A DNA stretch of 64,000 nucleotides from an uncultured cyanobacterium (GCA_963749915.1 CAVVOP010000005.1:192001-256000); one strand, 5' to 3'; positions 41,003 through 51,165 are shown, numbered from the stretch's first letter. Notes: a model not told the origin generated them from the sequence alone. Numbers and translations: made by a program.

Positions 41003-41794
41003 ATGAATTTTACTTTTGCTTCGTTTTACCAGTTTTCGGTATTAGACAACCTCGTTGATTTACAGACTCAATTTTTACAATGGTGCAATGAAAGGCAAAT
41101 AAAAGGCACAATTTTAATTGCGAAAGAAGGAATTAACGCTAATATTGTTGGCAAAAAACAAGACCTAGAAATAGTAATTAATAGCATCAAAAAAACTCTA
41201 CGCTATGAAACATTAGAAATTAAATATGCCATAGTAGAAAGTATCCCCTTTCAAAGGATGAAAGTCAAAATTAAACCAGAAATTATTACCTTTGGGATCC
41301 CCGAAGCTGATCCCAATGTACAAGTTGGTACTTATGTTAAACCTAAAGATTGGAATGATTTAATATCCCAACCCGATGTAAAAGTTATTGATACTCGCAA
41401 TGAGTATGAAGTGAAAATAGGTACATTTAAAAACGCAGAAAATCCTCACATTGATTCTTTTCGAGAATTTAACGACTATATAGATAGTAATTTAAATCTG
41501 GAAAAACACGATAAAGTAGCCTTATTTTGTACAGGTGGAATCCGTTGTGAAAAAGTTACCGCTTTAATGTTAAGTAAAGGTTTTAAAGAGGTTTATCATC
41601 TTCAAGGAGGTATCCTTAAATATTTGGGAGAAATCCCCCCGGAGGAAAGTTTATGGGAAGGGGAATGTTTTGTTTTTGATGAGAGAGTTGCAGTTAAACA
41701 TGGTTTAGAAAAAGGCACTTATAAATTATGTCCTCAAACGGGCGAACCGATGTTACCCGAGTTGGATATAAAATTCATGGATAACGGTAGGTAA
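41003..41794 (+). CDS. trhO: Rhodanese-domain tRNA uridine(34) hydroxylase
   Basis: DTRNEYE, FCTGGIRCEK, GGILKY, GECFVFD. Confidence 0.88.
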   Translation: MNFTFASFYQFSVLDNLVDLQTQFLQWCNERQIKGTILIAKEGINANIVGKKQDLEIVINSIKKTLRYETLEIKYAIVESIPFQRMKVKIKPEIITFGIPEADPNVQVGTYVKPKDWNDLISQPDVKVIDTRNEYEVKIGTFKNAENPHIDSFREFNDYIDSNLNLEKHDKVALFCTGGIRCEKVTALMLSKGFKEVYHLQGGILKYLGEIPPEESLWEGECFVFDERVAVKHGLEKGTYKLCPQTGEPMLPELDIKFMDNGR

Positions 41795-41797
41795 TTA

Positions 41798-41833
41798 ATA
41801 ATGGGTAATGAGTAATAGGTAATAGGTAATGGG
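41798..41833. repeat. Heptamer tandem repeat (TAATRGG-like)
   Basis: taatgggtaatgagtaataggtaataggtaatggg. Confidence 0.75.
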
Positions 41834-41871
41834 TGAATCGAAAGATATTTTCTCTGTTAATTGTTAACGGC

Positions 41872-42753
41872 CTAGTGTTTATCATGAAATCTGATTCCCA
41901 AAAACAGATCATACACGAAACTCCAAAAATTTTTGCCTTTCAATAAATCCAAAGATTGATCGCAACCCTTCGCATCTAACAGTGGTTTAGTGGCATAATA
42001 GGCTGGTTGATATTTATACCAGGGAATAGAAGGCCATAGATGATGTACTAAATGATAATTTTGTCCTAAGATAAGAATGTTTAAAACTGCACCCGGATAA
42101 ACCCTAGCATTTTTCCAGCGATCGCGATCTTTAAAAGGGCGATGGGGTAAATAATCAAAAAATAAACCTAAAGCAATACCTACTACTAAAGCAGGAACAA
42201 ACCAAAAATTCATGACGTAACCGATAAAACCGTAATGAATACCTAAGAAAATCACAGTAAAGAGGAATAAACGACTCAGAAACCACTCTAAAAGCTCATA
42301 TTTACGCCATAATTTTCTTTTAAAGAAAAAAATCTCATGATAGAAAAACCTAGCGGCAATCATCCATAAAGGTCCTCCGGTGGAAACAAAATGATCAGGA
42401 TCATTATCAGGATCATTAACATGGGCGTGATGTTGCAAATGCACTCTGGTAAAAACGGGAAATGCAAAACCTAACATTAAAGCACTACCATGACCAAGAA
42501 TAGAATTGACGAGACGATCGCTATGGGCACTATTATGAGAAGCATCATGGATGACAGTACCAGACATATGCAAAGCTAAAACGTTAGCAGTAAAGCAAAT
42601 CCAATCTCCCCAACCCCATAAAAAATAACCGCAGGTAGATATAGTAATTAATAAAATGGCGGCAATAAACATTAACACATTAGGATTAAATCCCCCCGGT
42701 GCTTTTAGATACTCCCTTGGTACAGATGTCAATACAGGTAAAACCGACTGCAT
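41872..42753 (-). CDS. crtR: Beta-carotene hydroxylase
   Basis: His boxes HDASH, HLQHH, HLVHH; cyanobacterial CrtR pattern. Confidence 0.92.
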   Translation of the reverse strand: MQSVLPVLTSVPREYLKAPGGFNPNVLMFIAAILLITISTCGYFLWGWGDWICFTANVLALHMSGTVIHDASHNSAHSDRLVNSILGHGSALMLGFAFPVFTRVHLQHHAHVNDPDNDPDHFVSTGGPLWMIAARFFYHEIFFFKRKLWRKYELLEWFLSRLFLFTVIFLGIHYGFIGYVMNFWFVPALVVGIALGLFFDYLPHRPFKDRDRWKNARVYPGAVLNILILGQNYHLVHHLWPSIPWYKYQPAYYATKPLLDAKGCDQSLDLLKGKNFWSFVYDLFLGIRFHDKH

Positions 42754-42954
42754 TGCTTTTGTTCGCTCCTTCCTTTAAATAAATTATTTTCTTGTGGTAG
42801 TTTACAATATTTTGCTCTTGAGGTAAAGTTTTGTAAACGTTATCTTCATGTAAATAGTTAATGGTGCATGGTTCATAATAGGTGGGATAGTTTCAAATTG
42901 GGATACACTAGATTTTATTAATGTATAATAATGCACTTATAGGGGAAAAAAAAA

Positions 42955-43701
42955 TTGGAAATTCATAAAGAAAAAATCTTAGTGGTAGATGATGAGGCAA
43001 GTATTCGCCGTATTTTAGAAACTCGTTTATCCATGATTGGTTATGATGTTGTCACCGCAGCGGACGGGGAAGAGGCTATAAAAACTTTTCATACCACTCA
43101 ACCGGATTTAGTGGTATTAGACGTGATGATGCCTAAATTAGACGGTTATGGAGTCTGTCAAGAATTACGCAAGGAATCTGATATACCGATCATTATGCTG
43201 ACCGCTTTAGGAGATGTTGCCGATCGCATTACGGGCTTGGAATTAGGTGCAGATGATTACGTGGTTAAACCCTTTTCTCCCAAGGAATTAGAAGCACGTA
43301 TTCGCTCAGTATTAAGAAGAATTGATAAAACGGGAATGGCAGGAATCCCCAGTTCGGGGGTAATCTCCCTTAATGCCATTAGAATCGATACCAATAAACG
43401 TCAAGTCTATAAAGGCGATCAACGTATTCGTTTGACCGGCATGGAATTTAGTCTCTTAGAATTACTTGTAAGTAAGTCTGGTGAACCATTTTCTCGATCA
43501 GAAATTCTACAAGAAGTATGGGGCTATACTCCTGAGCGTCACGTCGATACTAGAGTCGTCGATGTTCACGTATCTCGTTTAAGGGCAAAATTAGAAGAAG
43601 ATCCCAGTAATCCTGAGTTAATTTTGACGGCTAGGGGCACAGGTTACTTATTTCAAAGAATTTTAGAACCCGGAGAAAAAAGAAGTAATATTATTAATTA
43701 A
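42955..43701 (+). CDS. rpaB: OmpR-type response regulator RpaB
   Basis: ILVVDDEASIRRILETRLSMIGY, WGYTPERHVDTRVVDVHVSRLR. Confidence 0.95.
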   Translation: MEIHKEKILVVDDEASIRRILETRLSMIGYDVVTAADGEEAIKTFHTTQPDLVVLDVMMPKLDGYGVCQELRKESDIPIIMLTALGDVADRITGLELGADDYVVKPFSPKELEARIRSVLRRIDKTGMAGIPSSGVISLNAIRIDTNKRQVYKGDQRIRLTGMEFSLLELLVSKSGEPFSRSEILQEVWGYTPERHVDTRVVDVHVSRLRAKLEEDPSNPELILTARGTGYLFQRILEPGEKRSNIIN

Positions 43702-43724
43702 TAATTGATAATTGACCTAAAAAA

Positions 43725-44381
43725 ATGGCTCAAAAAGAACAAAATCAATTCATTAAAAATTTACCCCTAATTTCTGGAATTTTAGGCGGTTTTTTACTGA
43801 TGATCAATCGTCTAACCAGTCCCACGGTGTTGGATTCTCAAGCTCGTTCTGATGCTTTGGGAGTGATTCTTTGTGCTATGTTATTATTGGTTAGTATTTT
43901 ACTGGGACAAATCGAATCCGTACCTCCTGAAAGCGTTACTTTGATAGGTGAGGAGGGTATGGAATTTGCTGATAATTTGCCGAAAAATATTACCACAGAA
44001 TTAGCATGGGCAAGTCATCTTATTCTCCATAATACTGTTACTAAATCCATCGTTATTTATTATCAAAATAAAATCTTATTACGGAGGGGGATTTTAGGCA
44101 ATTCTAACACCGTTAAGCAGGGCTCAATTTTGCAAAGAGTGATGGCAACACAAAAACCCGTGTATTTAGTAGACTTAAAACACTATCCAGGAAAGATTGA
44201 GTTTGACTATTTACCTGAGAATATCCAAGGATTAATGTGTTTACCATTAAATGATCGGGGTGCTTTAATGATAGCCACTAATATCCCCCGCAGCTACACT
44301 AAACAAGATGAATTTTGGATTCAAGGCATTGCGGAAAAAATAGCTTTAACGTTAAAGCTTGGTTGCCTTCCTCAACCATAA
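43725..44381 (+). CDS. Cofactor assembly of complex C subunit B (CCB2/CCB4 family)
   Basis: SQARSDALG, ELAWASH, YPGKIEFDYLP, RSYTKQDE. Confidence 0.8.
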   Translation: MAQKEQNQFIKNLPLISGILGGFLLMINRLTSPTVLDSQARSDALGVILCAMLLLVSILLGQIESVPPESVTLIGEEGMEFADNLPKNITTELAWASHLILHNTVTKSIVIYYQNKILLRRGILGNSNTVKQGSILQRVMATQKPVYLVDLKHYPGKIEFDYLPENIQGLMCLPLNDRGALMIATNIPRSYTKQDEFWIQGIAEKIALTLKLGCLPQP

Positions 44382-44457
44382 AAAAAGGGCGATCGCATTA
44401 TTGCTGATTCTCTTCAATGTCAATATTTATACCTTTTTTGTTTAAAAACTTTTTCTT

Positions 44458-44482
44458 TACAGTTTGAAGTGCGGAATGTGGG
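44458..44482. mobile_element. Solitary IS1634 terminal repeat
   Basis: TACAGTTTGAAGTGCGGAATGTGGG differs by one base from the reverse complement of 12575-12599. Confidence 0.8.
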
Positions 44483-44513
44483 TTAGAATGGACGAAAAAA
44501 TCTTAGTCACAAG

Positions 44514-45626
44514 ATGGTCTTTTTACATTCTCAATTTCTCCATCCTTTAATTCCTCAGGGTCAAAACTCCCAGGCGAATCAGAAGCTGGGAGAAGAAATT
44601 AGTCAAACTCGTCAACAATACTTTGGTCTTTTAAAACAGGAGATTGAAGCCCTTACAGCTCAAAATTCAACTAAGACTCACCAATTACGCAAACAACTGG
44701 ATGCTATACCGACGATTCAAGAGGCTAATAAACAGCGTAGTAAACTACAAGATAAAATGTGGTCCTATACTCAAGCAACCATAGATAACGATCGCAATCG
44801 TCTGATGCAAGCCTATGAAAAATATACTCAGGGGCTAAGTCAATTAGAACTTAATCCAGATTTATTGATTCCTATTCATCAAAGAAAAGTTGAAATCCAC
44901 AGAATGCCCGGTGGTTATCTGAAAAACCAAGGAAAGGGAGATTTTTGGACTGGCGTACTATATGATCATGGAGTCTTCCTTTATGGAAGGGGTTGGTTAG
45001 GTCCTCTTAATGATGAGTTTGGTCACACAATTATCGAACAAGTTTTAAAATCTCACTACCCCCAATTTAATCCCCAACAAATTTTAGATATGGGCTGTTC
45101 TGTTGGTCATAGTACTCTTCCCTACAGCCAAGCTTACCCCACTGCTCAAGTATGGGGTATTGATTTAGGGGCTTCTCTATTACGTTATGCTACTGCTAGA
45201 GCTAATGCACTGGGACAAAAGGTCTATTTTGCCCAACAAAATGCCGAACAAACTGACTTTTCAGACCAGAGTTTTGACCTAATCGTTAGTCATATTCTCA
45301 TGCACGAAGTCCCTAATGTGGCTAAACAACGTATCTTTAAGGAAAGTTATCGTTTGCTCAAAACTGGGGGGATAATGGTGCATTTAGATAGTTTGCTATT
45401 TCTGTCTCCCTTTAGTCCAGTAGCCCTTTATTTTCGAGATACAGAAGCTTATTACAATTCTGAACCCTTTGTAGGTTGTGCTAATTTAGAAGACTTAGCT
45501 AGCTTCGCCCTAGAAGCGGGTTTTGCCCCCGAAAATTGTCAGCAATATCAGGTTTCTGGCTACTATAGTGAGAAAAAGGGTTCAACCGAGCCGAAATGGT
45601 TAGCCTTCTGCGGAGTTAAAAGTTAA
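44514..45626 (+). CDS. Class I SAM-dependent methyltransferase
   Basis: ILDMGCSVGHST, FDLIVSHILMHE. Confidence 0.88.
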   Translation: MVFLHSQFLHPLIPQGQNSQANQKLGEEISQTRQQYFGLLKQEIEALTAQNSTKTHQLRKQLDAIPTIQEANKQRSKLQDKMWSYTQATIDNDRNRLMQAYEKYTQGLSQLELNPDLLIPIHQRKVEIHRMPGGYLKNQGKGDFWTGVLYDHGVFLYGRGWLGPLNDEFGHTIIEQVLKSHYPQFNPQQILDMGCSVGHSTLPYSQAYPTAQVWGIDLGASLLRYATARANALGQKVYFAQQNAEQTDFSDQSFDLIVSHILMHEVPNVAKQRIFKESYRLLKTGGIMVHLDSLLFLSPFSPVALYFRDTEAYYNSEPFVGCANLEDLASFALEAGFAPENCQQYQVSGYYSEKKGSTEPKWLAFCGVKS

Positions 45627-45693
45627 TTAATTTTAGAGTTTTGTCTCCTTCTCAAAAATAGTTATATAACTGTAGTTGATTTTGCTTTTGCTC

Positions 45694-46260
45694 ATGAAAA
45701 CACAAGACAAGATTTACTGGAACAAGCTGGCGGAAATCGAAGAACTAAAAGAGTTTTTTGAAGAGGATTTCCCAGGATTTAAAAAGCTCATAGAAGATAA
45801 CATTGGCGAGTTTGAAAAATTTTCTGATGAAGCCCTAGATAAATTTGCCAAATTACGAGTATTAGAAACAACCAACGGTTGCACTCAATGGGCATTTCGT
45901 CGCGGCGATCAAGAATGTTTATCTGTAGAACAGACTCGCGAATGTATGAACCTAGTTATGGGTTTTATGAAACGAGCTGAACTGTATTTCCCCAGTGAAG
46001 GTCTAATTGAATTTGACGACGAGGAAAAAATGTTTATGCGAGCAGTGCAATCTCTTTACACAGATGCATTTAAAAACAATATTAAAGAGTTCAAAAGAAA
46101 ATACTACGCAGCATCCACAGCTCAATTTATTGTTTTTGGGCATGAACGAATGCAACAAGCTATGGCATTAATCAAACAAGATTATGAAACTCTATTTTCA
46201 TCTCATTATATTGAACGGGGACAAAAATATATTGCCCGCTATTTAAAGGGATTTAAATAG
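45694..46260 (+). CDS. Hypothetical protein
   Basis: ~188 aa ORF, no recognised motif. Confidence 0.65.
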   Translation: MKTQDKIYWNKLAEIEELKEFFEEDFPGFKKLIEDNIGEFEKFSDEALDKFAKLRVLETTNGCTQWAFRRGDQECLSVEQTRECMNLVMGFMKRAELYFPSEGLIEFDDEEKMFMRAVQSLYTDAFKNNIKEFKRKYYAASTAQFIVFGHERMQQAMALIKQDYETLFSSHYIERGQKYIARYLKGFK

Positions 46261-46454
46261 ATTTTCACCCATACCCATAAAGTTTTCCATGGAAAAACTG
46301 ATTACCGGAGGAATGGTAAATACAGTAATCAAACTACTCACAGCTGTAACTTCAAAACATCAAAAAACATTAGAATTTGCTGTTATTCTACCTTATTACT
46401 CTAATTAACATATCTCACAGTTTTTTGTTGCACTATCGACAGGATAACAGAACC

Positions 46455-46766
46455 TTAAACCTGGGGAAACTTTCTGACTTGATATTCTAAACTCTCTATC
46501 ATTTGGTACTTTTTCCCTTGCATCTTTTGAGCAAATTGTTTTTCGATTATATTTAGCTCTTCTTGAGAAATATTTTTCCATTCCTCACGAGTTTGCCAAC
46601 GAATGAACATAATAACTTCATCCATTCGGTCAGGATTAAGCCAAACCTCTTTTCCTAAAAATCCTGGGCGAGTTTTCAGTTTATTAGTCCAAATTTGTTG
46701 ATCTATTTCCAGAAATTCTTCTCTTAAATCGGGAGATACTCTAAATTTTAACCATTCAATAATCAT
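46455..46766 (-). CDS. TIGR03792-family (ABM-like) protein
   Basis: MIIEWLKF...GFLGKEVW...IRWQTREEWK. Confidence 0.8.
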   Translation of the reverse strand: MIIEWLKFRVSPDLREEFLEIDQQIWTNKLKTRPGFLGKEVWLNPDRMDEVIMFIRWQTREEWKNISQEELNIIEKQFAQKMQGKKYQMIESLEYQVRKFPQV

Positions 46767-46837
46767 ATTACAGTTCTTACTTTATTATCTAGCTCTATTC
46801 TTAAGTGTAACGGCTGGATTCTCTCTCGCCCATTAAA

Positions 46838-47614
46838 TTATTTTCCTCTTTGCCTCGCCTCGGTGGTTCTGCGGGTACTGATAATGAGCACCAGGAGTCC
46901 TGCCAGTAACCCAGCCATAATAGCAAGAGTGGGATTTTCCCCCTGCCGGAAGGCGATGGCAACTAAAGCCCAAACAAACACGCCTCCAAAAATACCATCC
47001 CCACGTTGCCAGGTGACTATTACAGCTATAATCGTGCCCAACACCATCATGATAACCGTCCAAACTAGAGGGCTAATTCCCCAACCACTCCAATCTGCTG
47101 CCTCCAGGGCGGAAGCGATGTTGACAATAGTGGCGACGCTAATCCAGGCGAAATAGATGCTGATGGGAAAATTAATCAACCATCTTTGCGGGGAGGGAAC
47201 GTTTGTTAGGTTAATGCCTAAACGCAGGTAGAGGAGAATTAAAGGGACTAAAATTCCGACCATCGCTATAACCGACAGAGCAAATAATTGAGATTGAAAG
47301 AGAAACACCCAGATAATTTGGCTAAAACTGCTGATGGCTAGATAGTAACCCATCTGGTGCAGGCGAGGATTATTGCCTTGAGTTGGCAAAACTTGGTAAA
47401 TAGCCAAACTAATTAATCCTAAATAAATGAGTCCCCAAATAGCAAAGGCATAGTTGGCGGGAATGATCAGTACATTGGGGAAAAAGGTGGTCGAAATTTC
47501 ACCAATTGTCAGTCCATTCAAAGGGGCAACATTAGCCCAGACATTGATGCCAAAAGCAGCTAGAATAGCTAGGAAATTAACCCATTGTCTCAGTCCATCT
47601 TGATTAACTTTCAT
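46838..47614 (-). CDS. Tryptophan-rich sensory (TspO/MBR-like) membrane protein
   Basis: PANYAFAIWGLIY, SIYFAWISVATIVN. Confidence 0.75.
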   Translation of the reverse strand: MKVNQDGLRQWVNFLAILAAFGINVWANVAPLNGLTIGEISTTFFPNVLIIPANYAFAIWGLIYLGLISLAIYQVLPTQGNNPRLHQMGYYLAISSFSQIIWVFLFQSQLFALSVIAMVGILVPLILLYLRLGINLTNVPSPQRWLINFPISIYFAWISVATIVNIASALEAADWSGWGISPLVWTVIMMVLGTIIAVIVTWQRGDGIFGGVFVWALVAIAFRQGENPTLAIMAGLLAGLLVLIISTRRTTEARQRGK

Positions 47615-47647
47615 GATTTTTTCTAACTCCAGTGAGAGAAATGTTCT

Positions 47648-49096
47648 TTAAATAAACACTTCAGACGTCCAACTGCCATGAAATCCATAGGGAACATGAT
47701 GATTTAAGTGTAATTTAGCGACAACCCTATTAATATTTTCTGCATCTAAAATAACTAAATAAGATCGATGTTTAGAAGCATCATAAACTAAAGAAAGCAG
47801 CCAACCTTGATCTTCTTCATTATTATTATTTTGAGATGGCACAAATATTGGTTCCCCAGCAAATGCTGTTTCTGAAGGATTCCAAACTTGTGTTTTATTT
47901 GATTGAAGATCGAGTTTAATTATATTTTGTAAAGGACCACCACCATCACAAGAATCAGTTACATTCATGTAAAGATAACGATTTTCTTTTCCTACCCAAT
48001 TAGGATTGAGAGAGGGAAATTCACAACCTCTATGATCTAATTTTTTTCTAGTAACAGTTTTTGATTCTAAAGAAACTTGGAATTGATAAATATTACTGGT
48101 GGGAAACTTATCATATTCGATTTTACTCATATCCCCATGGTTCTCTGTAACTTGTGGGAAAAATTCGGAACAGCATGACTGGAAATAAATAGATCCATCT
48201 TTTTCCCAAGCATTACCATGATGAAAACCGAAAAAAGAATCGCTTTCAAGTACAGTTAATTCATTATCTTCATGACGAGAAATGAGAATGATTTTGGCTG
48301 GTTTTGTCGAATCAAAATTAAAACATTGTTCAATGGTTTTAAACCCGAGTAAAAATGGTAGAACCTTCACTTCAAAGGGATGTTGAATAAATATGTAATA
48401 GTTCGGAGTGACTAACATATCATGGAAAAAAGCAAACCCCTCCAGAGGATAAGATTTTTCTTGAACTTTATTGCCTTGTTTATCCAATTCCCAAATAATC
48501 AATTCTTGGTTGGTAATACCTTGAACACCAAAATTAATCAAAGTGTTACCTATGATTTTAGGATGAGCAGAGAAAGATTTCCTGGGTTCTAATAAACCGT
48601 TTAAACTATCCAATCCCATTGTTGCTAAGGTCTTTGGATTTAGTTGGTGGGGCTTCCCTCCTTCCCACATTGCCAGTAATTTCTTACCCCAGTATAAAAC
48701 ATTTGTATTAGCAGCATTTTTGAATTTGGTATCAAATATATTTGCTAACCATCCACCAGGTTTTTGTGTTCCAAAGCCTCTATAAAGAATTTTGCTTGCT
48801 TTTTTTTCTTTGAGATAGCCTTCTGTCTGAACATAGCGATTTTGAAAATGAGCTTTTCCTTGGGATAATGTAATTTGACAAATCATGCCATCACCATCGA
48901 ATATGTGTCCAAATTTTTGCCCATTTACTTCAAATTGTCCTGGTCCATTTCTGAAAAGTGTACCTTCTAGTTCATCAGGAATAATTCCTTCTATATGGTC
49001 GAGCCAATATCGATATTCTTTTACCTGGGATTGATAGCCTTTGGCCCAATTTTCAATTAATGTTTTTTTTCTTGTTGTCGTTTGATCAATAATCAT
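47648..49096 (-). CDS. Carotenoid cleavage oxygenase (RPE65 family)
   Basis: GTLFRNGPG, FDGDGM, SAHP, FHD, FHHGN, EFP, GEPIF, PYGFHG (four Fe-binding His). Confidence 0.92.
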   Translation of the reverse strand: MIIDQTTTRKKTLIENWAKGYQSQVKEYRYWLDHIEGIIPDELEGTLFRNGPGQFEVNGQKFGHIFDGDGMICQITLSQGKAHFQNRYVQTEGYLKEKKASKILYRGFGTQKPGGWLANIFDTKFKNAANTNVLYWGKKLLAMWEGGKPHQLNPKTLATMGLDSLNGLLEPRKSFSAHPKIIGNTLINFGVQGITNQELIIWELDKQGNKVQEKSYPLEGFAFFHDMLVTPNYYIFIQHPFEVKVLPFLLGFKTIEQCFNFDSTKPAKIILISRHEDNELTVLESDSFFGFHHGNAWEKDGSIYFQSCCSEFFPQVTENHGDMSKIEYDKFPTSNIYQFQVSLESKTVTRKKLDHRGCEFPSLNPNWVGKENRYLYMNVTDSCDGGGPLQNIIKLDLQSNKTQVWNPSETAFAGEPIFVPSQNNNNEEDQGWLLSLVYDASKHRSYLVILDAENINRVVAKLHLNHHVPYGFHGSWTSEVFI

Positions 49097-49689
49097 TATT
49101 TACGTGTCATCATTTTTAATAGGGTACTTAAAGCCTTATTTTCTTGAGGATTTACTTGATGATCTAACCAGGCTATTTTTACCGCTAGTGGAAATACTTG
49201 TGCCGCCACATCAGGATTAAGTTTTTGAATAAATTCCACCGATTGAGGAACTTTTAAAGCAGAGTGAATACCCTCTAAAAGGTATTCATCTAGCTCAAGA
49301 GAAATTAGTTGTGGTTTTACCGCTTCCCAACTTACTTTTTCTTCTGAGTGTCCGACTTGTATTAAGTAAGCGAGAAGTCTTATTATTTGTAACTGTTGGT
49401 GCCACTCCATTTGCTCAACCTTCTCTGCCTCAAGATTACTCTTGCGTTCCGAGTGAAGTTTATGAAGAACTTGTTGCCAGTCGGAGACGTTACAGCTATT
49501 TGGCTTTCCCACTCTCAAAGAGACACTTATTGTGTCCTTATCAGATTTAAGATTATTGACTTGAGCACGAATGCCCAAGTAGCCTAACCATTTGACTATG
49601 GTGTCAGTCAAAGTAACTTGTGTTGCTTGAGAATTTGCTAATAATTTAACTTGAGTTTGTACTAAAGGACGAACTATTTGAGATAGCAT
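49096..49689 (-). CDS. Hypothetical protein, C-terminus TerB-like
   Basis: Overlaps the oxygenase start by 1 nt; AVKIAWLDHQVNPQENKAL. Confidence 0.7.
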   Translation of the reverse strand: MLSQIVRPLVQTQVKLLANSQATQVTLTDTIVKWLGYLGIRAQVNNLKSDKDTISVSLRVGKPNSCNVSDWQQVLHKLHSERKSNLEAEKVEQMEWHQQLQIIRLLAYLIQVGHSEEKVSWEAVKPQLISLELDEYLLEGIHSALKVPQSVEFIQKLNPDVAAQVFPLAVKIAWLDHQVNPQENKALSTLLKMMTRK

Positions 49690-49766
49690 ATATGCCTCGC
49701 GATGGTGATTGACGATTTAGTCAGCTTCAGAAATTTAAAATACTTATGAATCAATGCTAAAATATC

Positions 49767-49931
49767 TTAGTAGTCGCTATCAGCTACGCAAATCCCTTTA
49801 CACTTAATCCCGTTATTTGCTGTGCGTCGGCAGTGTGGACACAGTATCTTCTCGTCCTTTTCTCCTCGACACAATTGTTGACGGGTGAGTGCTTCTTGAT
49901 AATCTTGATTACTCCGGGGTGTAAATGTCAT
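49767..49931 (-). CDS. 54-aa Cys-rich putative metal-binding protein (not in ORF track)
   Basis: MTFTPRSNQDYQEALTRQQLCRGEKDEKILCPHCRRTANNGIKCKGICVADSDY*. Confidence 0.7.
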   Translation of the reverse strand: MTFTPRSNQDYQEALTRQQLCRGEKDEKILCPHCRRTANNGIKCKGICVADSDY

Positions 49932-50059
49932 GATTTATAGTTGGAAAATGCCCAAGAAACGTTGGTCTTGGGCTGGAAATAAGGTCAAAACAATTCGCAC
50001 ATTATCAATTAAAAATTCAAAATTTTGGTCAATTTTAATGAATAATTAATACAAATTAA

Positions 50060-50203
50060 TTACATTAAACCTAACTGAGAAAGGATTCCTTGACCAGTTA
50101 CATACTCAGTTACTAAGCCAATAACAAAACCTAGCATCGCTAAGCGACCATTCCAAGTTTCTGCGAATTTACTAAAACCAAATTTAGATTGTTGATTTTC
50201 CAT
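50060..50203 (-). CDS. hli: High-light-inducible protein (HLIP/SCP, HliC-like), 47 aa (not in ORF track)
   Basis: FGFSKFAETWNGRLAMLGF chlorophyll-binding motif; AGAGG RBS upstream. Confidence 0.95.
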   Translation of the reverse strand: MENQQSKFGFSKFAETWNGRLAMLGFVIGLVTEYVTGQGILSQLGLM

Positions 50204-50255
50204 GATGACGAACCTCTTTTAATTTTTATGACTATGTGAAGATGTATTAAGTCTA

Positions 50256-50273
50256 ATTGTATATTTTTATAAC
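50256..50273 (-). promoter_or_regulatory. HLR1-like (RpaB-binding) direct repeat upstream of hli
   Basis: Minus strand GTTATAAA-AA-TATACAAT vs consensus (G/T)TTACA(T/A)(T/A)-N2 repeat, one mismatch per half. Confidence 0.55.
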
Positions 50274-50406
50274 AATAACTTGACAGGTGTAGATGAGTAG
50301 AAATATCCGAACTGGATTAGCTTAAATGTTTTGCACCATGGTTAAATATAAAGAAGAAACAAATTATGATGGTGGGAGTCTCAACACTGTGATTCCAAAT
50401 TGATCT

Positions 50407-51165
50407 CTAGCCCAACAACTCTTCCGACGAGTCATGGTCATGATGCTGTGAATCCTGTTCAGTTTCAGCCAATAAAACTCGGGCTACATCTGGAAAATGC
50501 TGCCGCATACAGGAATCGCATACCCCATGAGAAAACTCAACATTGGAATATCGTTTTATAAACTTCTCGACTGTTGACCAATAGCCTTTATCGTTACGAA
50601 TACCTTTGCAATACGAGCAAATGGGGATGAGTCCTTCCATCAATTTGATCTTATCTAAAGCATTTGCCAGCCGAGCCGAAGTTCGCTTCAATTCCAACTG
50701 CATAACAACTTGGCGAGCCAGTGCTTCTAGGGTTTTGATTTGATACTCCGATAATTCTCGAGGTTGATGGTCAATAACACAGAGTGTTCCAATCAGATGA
50801 CCATCAGGAGTACGCAAGGGAACGCCTGCATAGAAGCGGATCTTTGGAGCATAGGTCACAAGCGGATTATCATTAAAGCGCTCATCACAAAGCGCATCGT
50901 TAACAATCATGATGCTTTCGCTCAAGATTGCATGTGCACAGAATGAGACATCACGACTGGTTTCGTCAACATTGAGACCCACTTTAGACTTAAACCATTG
51001 ACGGTCTGAATCAACCAGGCTGATAAGGGCAATGGGCACGCTGCAGATAAAGGCAGCAAGTCCAGTAATATCGTCGTAAGCTTGCTCAAAAGGGGTGTCT
51101 AGAATTCTATATTGCCTCAGCGCTTCAAGCCTAGCAGCCTCTAGTTTAGGGACGTTAGCTTCCAT
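50407..51165 (-). CDS. GAF-domain protein with C-terminal Cys motif
   Basis: IRFYAGVPL, GTLCVID, LIPICSYCK...FSHGVCDSC. Confidence 0.88.
   Translation of the reverse strand: MEANVPKLEAARLEALRQYRILDTPFEQAYDDITGLAAFICSVPIALISLVDSDRQWFKSKVGLNVDETSRDVSFCAHAILSESIMIVNDALCDERFNDNPLVTYAPKIRFYAGVPLRTPDGHLIGTLCVIDHQPRELSEYQIKTLEALARQVVMQLELKRTSARLANALDKIKLMEGLIPICSYCKGIRNDKGYWSTVEKFIKRYSNVEFSHGVCDSCMRQHFPDVARVLLAETEQDSQHHDHDSSEELLG

Noticed and set aside
42820..42840. HLR1-like repeat between crtR and rpaB
   Set aside because: Second half-site matches only 5 of 8 positions; too weak in AT-rich DNA
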